A stretch of DNA of 64,000 nucleotides from an uncultured Bdellovibrionales bacterium (GCA_964497185.1 CAZCBX010000012.1:5113-69112), one strand, 5' to 3'. Numbered from the stretch's first letter, positions 17,209 to 24,970 are shown. Numbers and translations: made by a program. The notes: generated from the letters alone by a model not told the origin.

Positions 17209-18657
17209 CTATGAATCACCATACACCCATGAAAGAATTCGATTCCACACATCCTCCGATGGCCGGGTGGTCGACAAAGCTGAATCATGGCTGGGCATTG
17301 ACGTGCGTTTGTGTAGCACAGGTTTGGGTGTATGCACCGGAACCTCTGCATCGTTTCGGTGGGGCAAAAAAGATGCCTGGCCGATTTGCAGGGCCATGGC
17401 ATCCTCGACTTGGCTCAGCGTAATGGGGCGGGCCATGGACGAGGGTTGTGTCTCAAACAAAGCCAGTACATGCCTGTGAAATTGGTCTCTGAAGTTTCGG
17501 TTCATCGAGACATTGGCATGCAGCTGTCCAAGTTGTTTGTTTTTGTGGGAAGCGTTGGCCAAAAATACATAATAAAACTGATTTGTAGGATCCATGTAAA
17601 CCGTGGTGCCGGTAAATCCTTCATGAAACATCACGTACCCCAAACCATTGCGCTTTTGTTTGACCTTCCACCCTCCATAGTTGCGCGCGTTGGACTCGCT
17701 CGTTCGTTTGGTCGCCACATCGTAAGGTCCCGAAGGCCGTGACGCAACCTGAACATCGGCAGGATAGGAACGCATCCATGCTTGAACAAATTTACCCAAA
17801 TCCAATGCATTTGAAAACACGCCCGCATGGCCACACACCCCACCCAACAATGAACACATGGGATCATGCACGCGACAAGGGGATGAAGACACCCCACTTA
17901 AGTTCGGGACGCACCGACTGCGCTGATCGGATACCGCCAACGATGCGCCATAGTGGGTATGATGCATGCGATAAGGCTCAAAAATTTCTTGGTGCACCAC
18001 CTCATCGAGTGCTTGCTGCGTTTTCTCCTCAATAATTTGCTGAACAAAATAATAAGCCAGGTCGCTGTATTGGCGCCGGCCACTGGTGACATTTCGGGGT
18101 TGCTGCAACTCCTGTTGATACCGATCCTTCCAACGGGCCGCTTGCGTGGGGGTAAAACCACGCACCCATTGACGCCATCCGATCCATTTAGGACAATAGC
18201 CACTGTGCAAGGGCGCTTGCTGGGCCAGCAAATCTTTGGTCACCACAGCAAATGGATGCGCATCCAATATTTCTTGCAAGCGCGCCGTTAACACTTCAGG
18301 CTCAATCACATTCTTGTCCACAAGCTGCCAAAAGGCTGGCGCAGTGGCAATGACTTTGCTCAATGACGCAATGTCATACAAACCCAGGCCACGATCGTAG
18401 TGATACGTTTGATAATGAAGAACACGATCGCCTTGACCAACCAACACCTGAGCATGATCAAAAAGAGATCGCTGTACACCGTGGGTATAAATAAATTGAT
18501 CGAAGGCCTCATTGGCTGAACGCGCAAAAGCGCAAGGTGTCGATCCACCCACGACCCAAAAGAAAACAAAAGACAGTGTAACAATATTTTTTTGAAGCAC
18601 TAAACCTCGAAAAGCACGCATATGCCCAAGCAGGCAATTCAAGCGCAGTCCCCACAT
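17209..18657 (-). CDS. serine hydrolase, beta-lactamase/PBP4*-like (class C related)
   Basis: 482 aa with signal-like N-terminus. SxxK motif in YDIASLSKVIAT. GHAGVFS near the KTG-equivalent region. Confidence 0.75.
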   Translation of the reverse strand: MWGLRLNCLLGHMRAFRGLVLQKNIVTLSFVFFWVVGGSTPCAFARSANEAFDQFIYTHGVQRSLFDHAQVLVGQGDRVLHYQTYHYDRGLGLYDIASLSKVIATAPAFWQLVDKNVIEPEVLTARLQEILDAHPFAVVTKDLLAQQAPLHSGYCPKWIGWRQWVRGFTPTQAARWKDRYQQELQQPRNVTSGRRQYSDLAYYFVQQIIEEKTQQALDEVVHQEIFEPYRMHHTHYGASLAVSDQRSRCVPNLSGVSSSPCRVHDPMCSLLGGVCGHAGVFSNALDLGKFVQAWMRSYPADVQVASRPSGPYDVATKRTSESNARNYGGWKVKQKRNGLGYVMFHEGFTGTTVYMDPTNQFYYVFLANASHKNKQLGQLHANVSMNRNFRDQFHRHVLALFETQPSSMARPITLSQVEDAMALQIGQASFLPHRNDAEVPVHTPKPVLHKRTSMPSHDSALSTTRPSEDVWNRILSWVYGDS

Positions 18658-18697
18658 GGGCGCACCATTGTCTGTTTGGGTAAATGCGTGTTCAAGA

Positions 18698-18735
18698 CAA
18701 GTTTAATTTTGTACATCTGTACAAAATTAAACTTG
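18698..18735. promoter_or_regulatory. 38-bp perfect palindrome (18-bp arms, 2-bp spacer), operator candidate
   Basis: caagtttaattttgtaca-tc-tgtacaaaattaaacttg; arms verified as exact reverse complements. Centre reads GTAC-N4-GTAC. Lies 41-78 nt upstream of the serine hydrolase start. Confidence 0.5.
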
Positions 18736-18848
18736 CAACCATCAAAGTGTTCAATAAAAATCAATGGAGAATTTAAATCCCAACGTCGCTTTGCTCGACA
18801 CTTTTTCTCTCGGGCTTCGTGCTTTCAATTTGAATCATGATGCCCGTT

Positions 18849-18916
18849 GACCCCACCCATCTATTTTTACTACACGCAAAAATGGATAGCGGATAAGTCC
18901 CTGTAAGTCACGCAGC
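18849..18916. repeat. 68-bp structured direct repeat, copy 1
   Basis: gaccccacccatctatttttactacacgcaaaaatggatagcggataagtccctgtaagtcacgcagc. Contains an internal imperfect hairpin (ccatctattttt / aaaaatggatag). Confidence 0.8.
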
Positions 18917-18971
18917 TTTCTGCCCTTGTACGCGCGTTACCTTGCATTCGATGAATATCGCAAGGCCACTA

Positions 18972-19039
18972 GACCCCGCCCATCTTTATTTTGCTGAACG
19001 CAAAAATAATGTGGGATAAGAACCTGTAAGTCGCGCAGC
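18972..19039. repeat. 68-bp structured direct repeat, copy 2
   Basis: gaccccgcccatctttattttgctgaacgcaaaaataatgtgggataagaacctgtaagtcgcgcagc. Roughly three-quarters identical to copy 1 by eye, with the internal hairpin preserved (cccatctttattttgc / gcaaaaataatgtggg). Confidence 0.8.
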
Positions 19040-19053
19040 GACTAAGAGGTTCT
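19019..19053 (-). terminator. hairpin overlapping the histone-gene stop codon (possible terminator)
   Basis: agaacct-gtaa-gtcgc-gca-gcgac-taag-aggttct. On the minus-strand RNA it is followed a few nt later by a U-rich stretch (uauuuuug). Confidence 0.4.
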
Positions 19054-19237
19054 AAAAGTCTCTGTCCATGACTGTTTTGCGGCGGTCGGCTTGGGCGCGT
19101 TCGATGGCTTCATCGCATAGCTGACGAACTTTGTCGGACAAAGCGTCTGCTACATTGGCTGAAGTGCTCATGCCGGCTTTTTCTTTGATGTATTTTTTAA
19201 GTTTGGATACTACAATTAGTGTTTCTTTATCGCTCAT
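19052..19237 (-). CDS. bacterial histone-fold protein (Bdellovibrio HBb/Bd0055-like singlet histone)
   Basis: 61 aa from MSDKETLIVVSKLKKYIKEKAGMSTSANVADALSDKVRQLCDEAIERAQADRRKTVMDRDF. The pattern VV-SK-KK-IKEK..M-TS......LS.....LC.......A.ADGRKTVM.RD matches my recollection of the B. bacteriovorus histone. ORF opens at 19273, but the MSDK start gives the expected length. Confidence 0.65.
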   Translation of the reverse strand: MSDKETLIVVSKLKKYIKEKAGMSTSANVADALSDKVRQLCDEAIERAQADRRKTVMDRDF

Positions 19238-19291
19238 GTGCATTATGTAATCAGTTCCTGACAGGTTTGGCAAAAAAAAATATGATATTTT

Positions 19292-20641
19292 TTACATGAC
19301 CAAGTCGTTGTCTTTTTCCTCTTCCGGCGTCTCGTCTGGAAATGTCATAGCAATGGCAAAAGTTAGCACACCCACACGTCCCATCAGCATGAGCACGATA
19401 AAAATCATTTTACTAATCGGTGCAAGCGCGCCCGTGATGCCCATGCTTAATCCCACGGTACCCAATGCAGAGGCCGCTTCAAATACAATCTCCTGAAACG
19501 CAAAATTCTCGACCTGGCAAAGCAAAAACACCGCCAAGCCCAATACCCCCATGTAATATACAAAAGACGCCGTAGCCATTTGTAGGCGGCGGGAAGGTAT
19601 TGTCCTCTTACGAAATCGAACGGTGCTTCGGCCTTTGAGCGTGCTTTTTACCAAGCCAAACAGGGCAGAAAATGTGGTTGATTTCAAACCACCGCCGGTA
19701 CCAGAGGGCGATGCACCAAAAATCATAAAAAACAAAAGCAACATAATCGAAGCACTGGATAAGCTCCCAATGGGGACCGAATTAAAACCCACCGTGGTCG
19801 AAGCGGTCATGACCTGGAAAAAACCAACCTGTAATTTTTGTAAGGGATCCATGGCTTGCATGCTGGGCTCGGTAAGAGCAAATAGGATGGTGCCCAACAA
19901 TAAAAACCAGAAAGTAATGGATAAAATGATTTTGCTGGTAAAAGTCATTTGTGTGCGTTGGCCTGTCAGGTTAAAAAAAACATCGGTCCAAACGATAAAA
20001 CCAATCCCGCCCAACAAACTTAAAATCGATAAAACCGCATTGATTCCCATGACGCCAGAAAACGCTTCGAGGCTGTTTGAAAAAAGGCTAAAGCCCGCGG
20101 TACAAAATGCCGAAACACTGTGAAAAACACCCTTCCATAAAGCCCCCTCGACCCCTTGCGCAGAAAAAAGCCCCCAAAGCGCCAGGGCACCTATGAGCTC
20201 GCAAACAAATGTAAAGATGACCACGCTTCGAATAAAATCACCAATCTTCAGGGCTTCCGGTAGAGAAAATGCACTTTGCCCTATACGCTTACGCGCCTCT
20301 GAAAGTTTTCCTTCTTTGGATAAAATCACAAAAGAGCCAAAAGTCATGTAACCAATCCCGCCCACTTGAATAAGTAGCAAAATGACCAGCTGGCCAAAAA
20401 ACGTAAACACAGTGCCCGGGTCCACTGTGACCAATCCGGTTGTGGATACCGCTGACACCGCAATAAAAAGCGCGTCCAAATCCTGAAGTTCTCTTACCTG
20501 TGACCAAGGCGACGCCAAGAAAATCCAGCCCACCACGGCATAAGTTACATACCCCACCAATAAAATCGTCGCCGTTGGCAAATTGTTGGAGCAGCGTAAA
20601 AGAAAATTTTCGCATTGCTGATAGATTTTTTTCATGACCAA
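19292..20641 (-). CDS. TrkH/KtrB family potassium transporter membrane subunit
   Basis: 449 aa, polytopic. Repeated pore-loop-like motifs (SAVSTTGL, FCTAGFS, TASTTVGF, LGTVGLS). Confidence 0.85.
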   Translation of the reverse strand: MVMKKIYQQCENFLLRCSNNLPTATILLVGYVTYAVVGWIFLASPWSQVRELQDLDALFIAVSAVSTTGLVTVDPGTVFTFFGQLVILLLIQVGGIGYMTFGSFVILSKEGKLSEARKRIGQSAFSLPEALKIGDFIRSVVIFTFVCELIGALALWGLFSAQGVEGALWKGVFHSVSAFCTAGFSLFSNSLEAFSGVMGINAVLSILSLLGGIGFIVWTDVFFNLTGQRTQMTFTSKIILSITFWFLLLGTILFALTEPSMQAMDPLQKLQVGFFQVMTASTTVGFNSVPIGSLSSASIMLLLFFMIFGASPSGTGGGLKSTTFSALFGLVKSTLKGRSTVRFRKRTIPSRRLQMATASFVYYMGVLGLAVFLLCQVENFAFQEIVFEAASALGTVGLSMGITGALAPISKMIFIVLMLMGRVGVLTFAIAMTFPDETPEEEKDNDLVM

Positions 20642-20811
20642 TCCTGCTGTTGAATCAAAGATTGATTTTGCCCCATGGGTGGAACTTTTTCACCACTGGT
20701 AGGCAAACAGCTTTCGCATGACTTTCCCAAAAAAAGAAGAAAGGCCAATGGCACCACCAAAGTCACCCAGCGTACCACAACCGTGTCCATGCGTTTTTTA
20801 TGTTGATTCAT
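20632..20811 (-). CDS. small membrane protein (hypothetical)
   Basis: ORF 20632..20886. The internal start MNQHKKRMDTVVVRWVTLVVPLAFLLFLG is preferred because the full ORF would leave only 22 nt to the divergent lexA. Overlaps the trkH-like start by 10 nt. Weak call. Confidence 0.3.
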   Translation of the reverse strand: MNQHKKRMDTVVVRWVTLVVPLAFLLFLGKSCESCLPTSGEKVPPMGQNQSLIQQQDWS

Positions 20812-20889
20812 AACCGCAAAGATTTTGCTCCTAATAAAATAAAACACAACATTTCTTTGGTATAAAAAATCTTGCATTGGACTCAAATG

Positions 20890-20910
20890 CGTATATTATA
20901 CGTATATTAT
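20890..20910. promoter_or_regulatory. direct-repeat/palindrome cluster overlapping the lexA start (operator candidate)
   Basis: cgtatattat-a-cgtatattat: an 11-bp-period direct repeat that contains the perfect palindrome tatacgtata (20897..20906) and two TATATT boxes. The second copy includes the lexA ATG. Confidence 0.4.
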
Positions 20911-21550
20911 GAGCCGCGACAAACAGCCTTTGACCCCCAAAGAAAAAATGATTTTAAACTTTATTGAGGAGTATCAGGCCCAAACTGACACTTCTCCCAC
21001 CTACTCTGAAATTCAAGACAAATTTGAATACAAAGCCATCTCTTCGGTGCAACAATACGTGGCGCAACTGGTAGACAAAGGCCACTTGCGTGCGCCGCTG
21101 GGCAAAAGCAAAAAAAGGGCGTTGGAGCTGGTGCCCGATGAAGATGAAACCGATCTGGTTACCATTCCCATGGAAGGCTACGTGGCTGCTGGCCTTTTAA
21201 CCGAAGCCATTCAAAACCGAGAACTGATTGAAGTGGCTCCCAGCCTTTTGGGCAAGCAAGGCAGCAAACAAGATTATTTTGGCCTGACTGTTAGAGGCGA
21301 CTCCATGATAGATGCCTGTATCCTGGATGGTGATTTGGTCATCATCCGCCGTCAATCCACGGCACGCAATGGACAAACGGTGGTGGCCATGGTGGACGAA
21401 GAAGCCACGCTCAAAACCTATTTTAAAAAAGTCACCCACATTGAGCTGCATCCGGCCAATCCCAATTATGCCGTCATTCACATACCCAAAACAGCCAATT
21501 TTCGCATTTTGGGTGTGGTGTCCAGCGTGATACGAAAAATGGATCAATGA
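20909..21550 (+). CDS. lexA: LexA repressor
   Basis: 213 aa. N-terminal winged-helix (LTPKEKMILNFIEEY...PTYSEIQDKF). S24 peptidase domain with an AG cleavage-site context (GYVAAGLLTEA), GDSM (VRGDSMIDA) and TLKTY (Ser/Lys dyad region). Confidence 0.9.
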   Translation: MSRDKQPLTPKEKMILNFIEEYQAQTDTSPTYSEIQDKFEYKAISSVQQYVAQLVDKGHLRAPLGKSKKRALELVPDEDETDLVTIPMEGYVAAGLLTEAIQNRELIEVAPSLLGKQGSKQDYFGLTVRGDSMIDACILDGDLVIIRRQSTARNGQTVVAMVDEEATLKTYFKKVTHIELHPANPNYAVIHIPKTANFRILGVVSSVIRKMDQ

Positions 21551-21646
21551 TTTGCCGCGGGTGCAAAGGCCCACGATTGTAAACTGTAAAGAAATCCATT
21601 TTAAAATCCCATTGCTTTTTTGTACAAATCCATCATGATCCCAAAA

Positions 21647-23332
21647 ATGAATGTAGCAGAAGGTATTTTGAAGTGCCTACAACAGTACGGCGTTGAACAC
21701 ATGTTTGGCATCCCAGGCGATTCCATCAATTATTTTATGGATGCCCTGCGCACCAACGACAACATTCAATTCATTCAGGTCGCCCATGAAGAAGGCGGCG
21801 CGTTTGCCGCCTCTGGACAAGCCAAAGCAGGCGCAAAACTCTCTGCATGCATGGGCACCTCTGGACCGGGCGCCATCCATTTACTCAACGGCTTGTATGA
21901 TGCACAAAAAGACGGCGCTGCCGTCATTGCCATCACCGGCCAAGTCGACACCTCGGCCATTGGCCTAAAGTCTCATCAAGAAATTGGGATACAAAAACTA
22001 TTTGACGACGTGAGCTGTTTTAATCAAGTGCTTTACGATGCCGCGTCCGCCATTCGCATTGTGGACACCGCCTGCCGCACAGCCATCGAACGCGGCGGCA
22101 TTGCGCACATCAGTGTGCCCATCAACGTGGCCCAACAAACCATTGATGACAAAGACATTGAACAGCTCCAGACCTACACCCCTGGCACCCTCAGTCCTTC
22201 CCCGTCACAAATCGAAGAAGCCAGAACCCTGTTGTCCAAAGCGTCCAAACCACTGATTTTGGCAGGCAAAGGGTGTTTACCCTGCAAAGATGAATTGCTT
22301 GCATTTGCTCAAGCGATGTCGGCCCCCGTGATCAAAACACTCAAAGCCAAAGCGCTATTGCCCGATGAGCACCCCCATAGCTTGGGTGGGTTAGGCCTGT
22401 TGGGCGTTCGCCCCGCCGTGCATGCCATGAAAAATTGCGACCTGCTCATCATGCTGGGTACCGATTTTCCGTACGAAGACTTTTTAAACCACGATGTACC
22501 CACCCTTCAAGTGGATATCCGTGCTGCTTCATTGGGCCGTCGCACATCGGTCACGCTGCCCATCCAGGCCCACTGCCAGGAATTTCTGCGCGCGCTTTCG
22601 CCCTATCCACAAAATGACAATTCGGATTTTCTAAGCAGCTGTCAGAACTACATGAAACTTTTTCTCAAGCTCATGGATCAAGTGGACCTACGCCATGGCG
22701 ATGAAATCAAACCCCAAAATCTGATGCGCGCGCTGGGTCAAGCCGCGGATGACCGCGCTATTTTTTGCTGCGACACCGGCTCCGTCACTTCTTTTTTTGC
22801 CAAAAGCTTGCGCATCCGCGCGCAGCAAGAAACTTATTATTCGGGCAATTTGGCATCCATGGCTTTTGCAGTATCGGCCGCGATGGGCATCCAAATCAAA
22901 CACCCCAACCGCCAGGTCATTGCGGTGACTGGAGACGGCAGCATGAACATGCTGCCTGGCGAGCTTGGCACCATCGCTAAACACAAACTGCCTGTTAAAA
23001 TTTTTATCGTAAACAATCAACGGTTGCACCTCATTGATTTTGAAGAAAATGCCAAAGGCCTACCCATGTACGGCACCGAACTGGCCAATCCCGACTACAC
23101 CCTTTTGGCCCAAGCCCACGGCATTCAAGCCAAATCCATCAAAGAACCGGCCGAGCTAGAAGGCGCCATTGCTCAAGCCCTCAACACTTCCGGCCCTTAT
23201 ATTTTGGATGTTCAAGTCAACCCATCCCAAATGCTTTTTCCACCCACGGTCGACGTCAGCCAAGCCTATGGTTTTACCAAAGCAAAAATCAAAGAACTCT
23301 GGAGAGACATCACAGAAGTATTTGAAAAGTAA
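21647..23332 (+). CDS. thiamine-diphosphate-dependent enzyme, pyruvate oxidase/dehydrogenase (PoxB)-like
   Basis: MNVAEGILKCLQQYGVEHMFGIPGDSINYFMDAL aligns with the PoxB N-terminus. TPP-binding GDGSMNM...NN motif (VTGDGSMNMLPGELGT...IVNNQ). ORF opens at TTG 21620. Confidence 0.8.
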   Translation: MNVAEGILKCLQQYGVEHMFGIPGDSINYFMDALRTNDNIQFIQVAHEEGGAFAASGQAKAGAKLSACMGTSGPGAIHLLNGLYDAQKDGAAVIAITGQVDTSAIGLKSHQEIGIQKLFDDVSCFNQVLYDAASAIRIVDTACRTAIERGGIAHISVPINVAQQTIDDKDIEQLQTYTPGTLSPSPSQIEEARTLLSKASKPLILAGKGCLPCKDELLAFAQAMSAPVIKTLKAKALLPDEHPHSLGGLGLLGVRPAVHAMKNCDLLIMLGTDFPYEDFLNHDVPTLQVDIRAASLGRRTSVTLPIQAHCQEFLRALSPYPQNDNSDFLSSCQNYMKLFLKLMDQVDLRHGDEIKPQNLMRALGQAADDRAIFCCDTGSVTSFFAKSLRIRAQQETYYSGNLASMAFAVSAAMGIQIKHPNRQVIAVTGDGSMNMLPGELGTIAKHKLPVKIFIVNNQRLHLIDFEENAKGLPMYGTELANPDYTLLAQAHGIQAKSIKEPAELEGAIAQALNTSGPYILDVQVNPSQMLFPPTVDVSQAYGFTKAKIKELWRDITEVFEK

Positions 23333-23423
23333 CGCCACCACCTTGGTAGAAATCTGTTTTTAAACAAAAAGGGCTTGCCCGTAAGGAAAAACTTCGTTAT
23401 AACCGCTGGGCTTTGAAGGAAAA

Positions 23424-23498
23424 GGGCCGGTAGCTCAGGGGTAGAGCATCTGACTTTTAATCAGATGGTCGTTGGTTCGATCCCAACCCGGCTCACCA
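23424..23498 (+). tRNA. tRNA-Lys (anticodon UUU)
   Basis: Cloverleaf folded by hand: acceptor gggccgg/ccggctc, D arm gctc-aggggta-gagc, anticodon stem tctga/tcaga with loop cTTTTaa, T arm gttgg-ttcgatc-ccaac, encoded CCA. Confidence 0.95.
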
Positions 23499-23551
23499 TC
23501 TTAAAAGCAACGTTGTGGCAAACACGACGCCTGACGATCCATCGTCCATGC

Positions 23552-23629
23552 GTCCCGTTCGTCTAGCCTGGTCCAGGACATCGCCCTTTCACGGCGGTAA
23601 CACGGGTTCGAATCCCGTACGGGACGCCA
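23552..23629 (+). tRNA. tRNA-Glu (anticodon UUC)
   Basis: gtcccgttcgtctagcctggtccaggacatcgccctTTCacggcggtaacacgggttcgaatcccgtacgggacgcca. Acceptor gtcccgt/acgggac, T loop ttcgaat, encoded CCA. Confidence 0.95.
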
Positions 23630-23654
23630 CAATTTTTTTCACGCTTTTGCTTAG

Positions 23655-23697
23655 TAACGTTGGCTTCGAAAAACTCGAGGCTTCGTGGGATTCGAAC
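23655..23697. repeat. 43-bp direct repeat, copy 1 (block 1 of a duplicated unit)
   Basis: taacgttggcttcgaaaaactcgaggcttcgtgggattcgaac. Contains gggattcgaac, the complement of a T-loop-like GTTCGAATCCC. Confidence 0.7.
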
Positions 23698-23732
23698 ATC
23701 GTTCGTCTGTTTATTGGGTCGCCTTCGGCTCC

Positions 23733-23750
23733 ATGGCGTACGGGACATCT
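23733..23750. repeat. 18-bp exact repeat containing the 3' end of tRNA-Glu, copy 1
   Basis: atggcgtacgggacatct. Shares cgtacgggac with tRNA-Glu positions 23616..23625. Confidence 0.85.
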
Positions 23751-23775
23751 CAATATCATTTACACACTTATTTAT

Positions 23776-23817
23776 TAACGTTGGTTTCGAGAATCTCAAT
23801 GCTCCGTGGGATTCAAC
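23776..23817. repeat. 42-bp direct repeat, copy 2
   Basis: taacgttggtttcgagaatctcaatgctccgtgggattcaac, aligned to 23655..23697. Confidence 0.7.
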
Positions 23818-24084
23818 CTGGATTTCCGCTTGCTTTTGCGACCAGAAACCAGGCATACGCCGCGTTGTTAAAGCAACGGCTAAAACAGAGTTCGTCTGTT
23901 GATCTGGTTTAGCGGTTCTTGAGACGGTAGGAACTAGAACCACTTATGTCATGATTTTTCTTCAGCTTGACTGAAGGGAAATCTGACCTCCTTCGGCTTA
24001 TATGGAATGGGCTTCATCCATCTTAATGTGGCTGCTCGGGGCGAACAAAAGCTGCCGCTTTTGCCTATAAAGCACCTTCACGAT

Positions 24085-24102
24085 ATGGCGTACGGGACAT
24101 CT
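24085..24102. repeat. 18-bp exact repeat containing the 3' end of tRNA-Glu, copy 2
   Basis: atggcgtacgggacatct, identical to 23733..23750. Confidence 0.85.
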
Positions 24103-24289
24103 TTTTATTGGATTGTTCTTTTTGTGTCGCAGTGCAGTTGTTTGGGATTGACGTAAGATGCTGAAAATATTATATATTATAGGTTTTGATTTTGGCATAT
24201 ATATTGCTTTTTTACGGGGTGTGTTAAAAGACACTTATTCAACCTTTGAGGGTGAATGTGTTGAACAAAGAAGATCAGAAATGGAAGTT

Positions 24290-24775
24290 ATGATGAAAAA
24301 TGTAAAATGGATTTTGGTGATTGGGTTGTTGCTGGGCAGCTCAGTGAGTTTTGCTCAGAGTTCGACATTGCGACTTGAAAAACGCGGTAATCCACGTGAG
24401 TATCAAACTAAAAATAGAAACCAAGAACCAATTATTGACATAAAGAACAATTGCGAGACTTTTGATGGTCTGATGACTAGTAAAAAAGAAGTGACTCTTA
24501 GCTTATGGAATGTAGGCGAGGGGGAAAAAAATTATACTATCATTTTGACCAAATCGAATAGTGATATCTCTGATTATACCTATCAACTACGTGAAGTGTC
24601 TTCAGGTACTTTGCAAATTACTCGACAAGATTTTGCTGAAGAAAATTCACACGTGCTAGGTGTGTTGGAAGATAGTTTAAGAATCCAAATAGAATTGTTG
24701 GATGATGAGGAGCCCGTTCAAAACAAAAAGTACGAAAATATTTATGAAGGCGATAACAACTCTTACAATGAGTAA
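24290..24775 (+). CDS. orphan secreted protein (hypothetical), AT-rich gene
   Basis: 161 aa from MMKNVKWILVIGLLLGSSVSFAQ/S (clear Sec signal peptide). Visibly more AT-rich than flanking genes. No recognisable domain. ORF opens at 24158, but that N-terminal extension is unlikely. Confidence 0.5.
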   Translation: MMKNVKWILVIGLLLGSSVSFAQSSTLRLEKRGNPREYQTKNRNQEPIIDIKNNCETFDGLMTSKKEVTLSLWNVGEGEKNYTIILTKSNSDISDYTYQLREVSSGTLQITRQDFAEENSHVLGVLEDSLRIQIELLDDEEPVQNKKYENIYEGDNNSYNE

Positions 24776-24908
24776 GCGTCCCTTCTAAATGCTGCCTTAC
24801 CACCTATCCTTGACTTAAATGGGTTAAAATAAACGCAACAGCAGCACAAGTGATGGATAAAATCTGTAGCCTGCGGGCCGTGCCCTTAGAGCAAATTCAA
24901 AATAAAAA

Positions 24909-24938
24909 TAAAAACAAACGCCTTGGGCGTTTGTTTTT
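24909..24938. terminator. bidirectional intrinsic terminator
   Basis: aaaaacaaacgcc-ttg-ggcgtttgttttt with A-run and T-run flanks. Lies between convergent genes 24290..24775 (+) and purA (-). Confidence 0.75.
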
Positions 24939-24970
24939 ATTTAAACTCATTTCAAAACTGGCCTTCGAAA

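Noticed and set aside
16787-17479. 230-aa plus-strand ORF antisense to the ABC ATPase and serine hydrolase genes. Similar long antisense ORFs occur at 13454..13984, 33827..34465, 39458..40012 and 10734..11168.
   Set aside because: All are antisense to genes with strong family motifs and span gene boundaries. They are typical shadow ORFs of mid/high-GC coding DNA.
20812-20908. Canonical E. coli-type SOS box (CTGT-N8-ACAG) upstream of lexA
   Set aside because: Not present in the region by visual scan. Only the TATACGTATA-centred repeats are seen.
23515-23943. ORFs 23515..23778, 23563..23943, 23660..23902 and 23685..23912 overlapping the tRNA-Glu gene and the downstream repeats
   Set aside because: They overlap a tRNA gene or each other, lack ribosome-binding sites and domains, and their apparent internal repeats (NVGFEKLEASWDS / NVGFENLNAPWDS) are simply translations of the DNA direct repeat.
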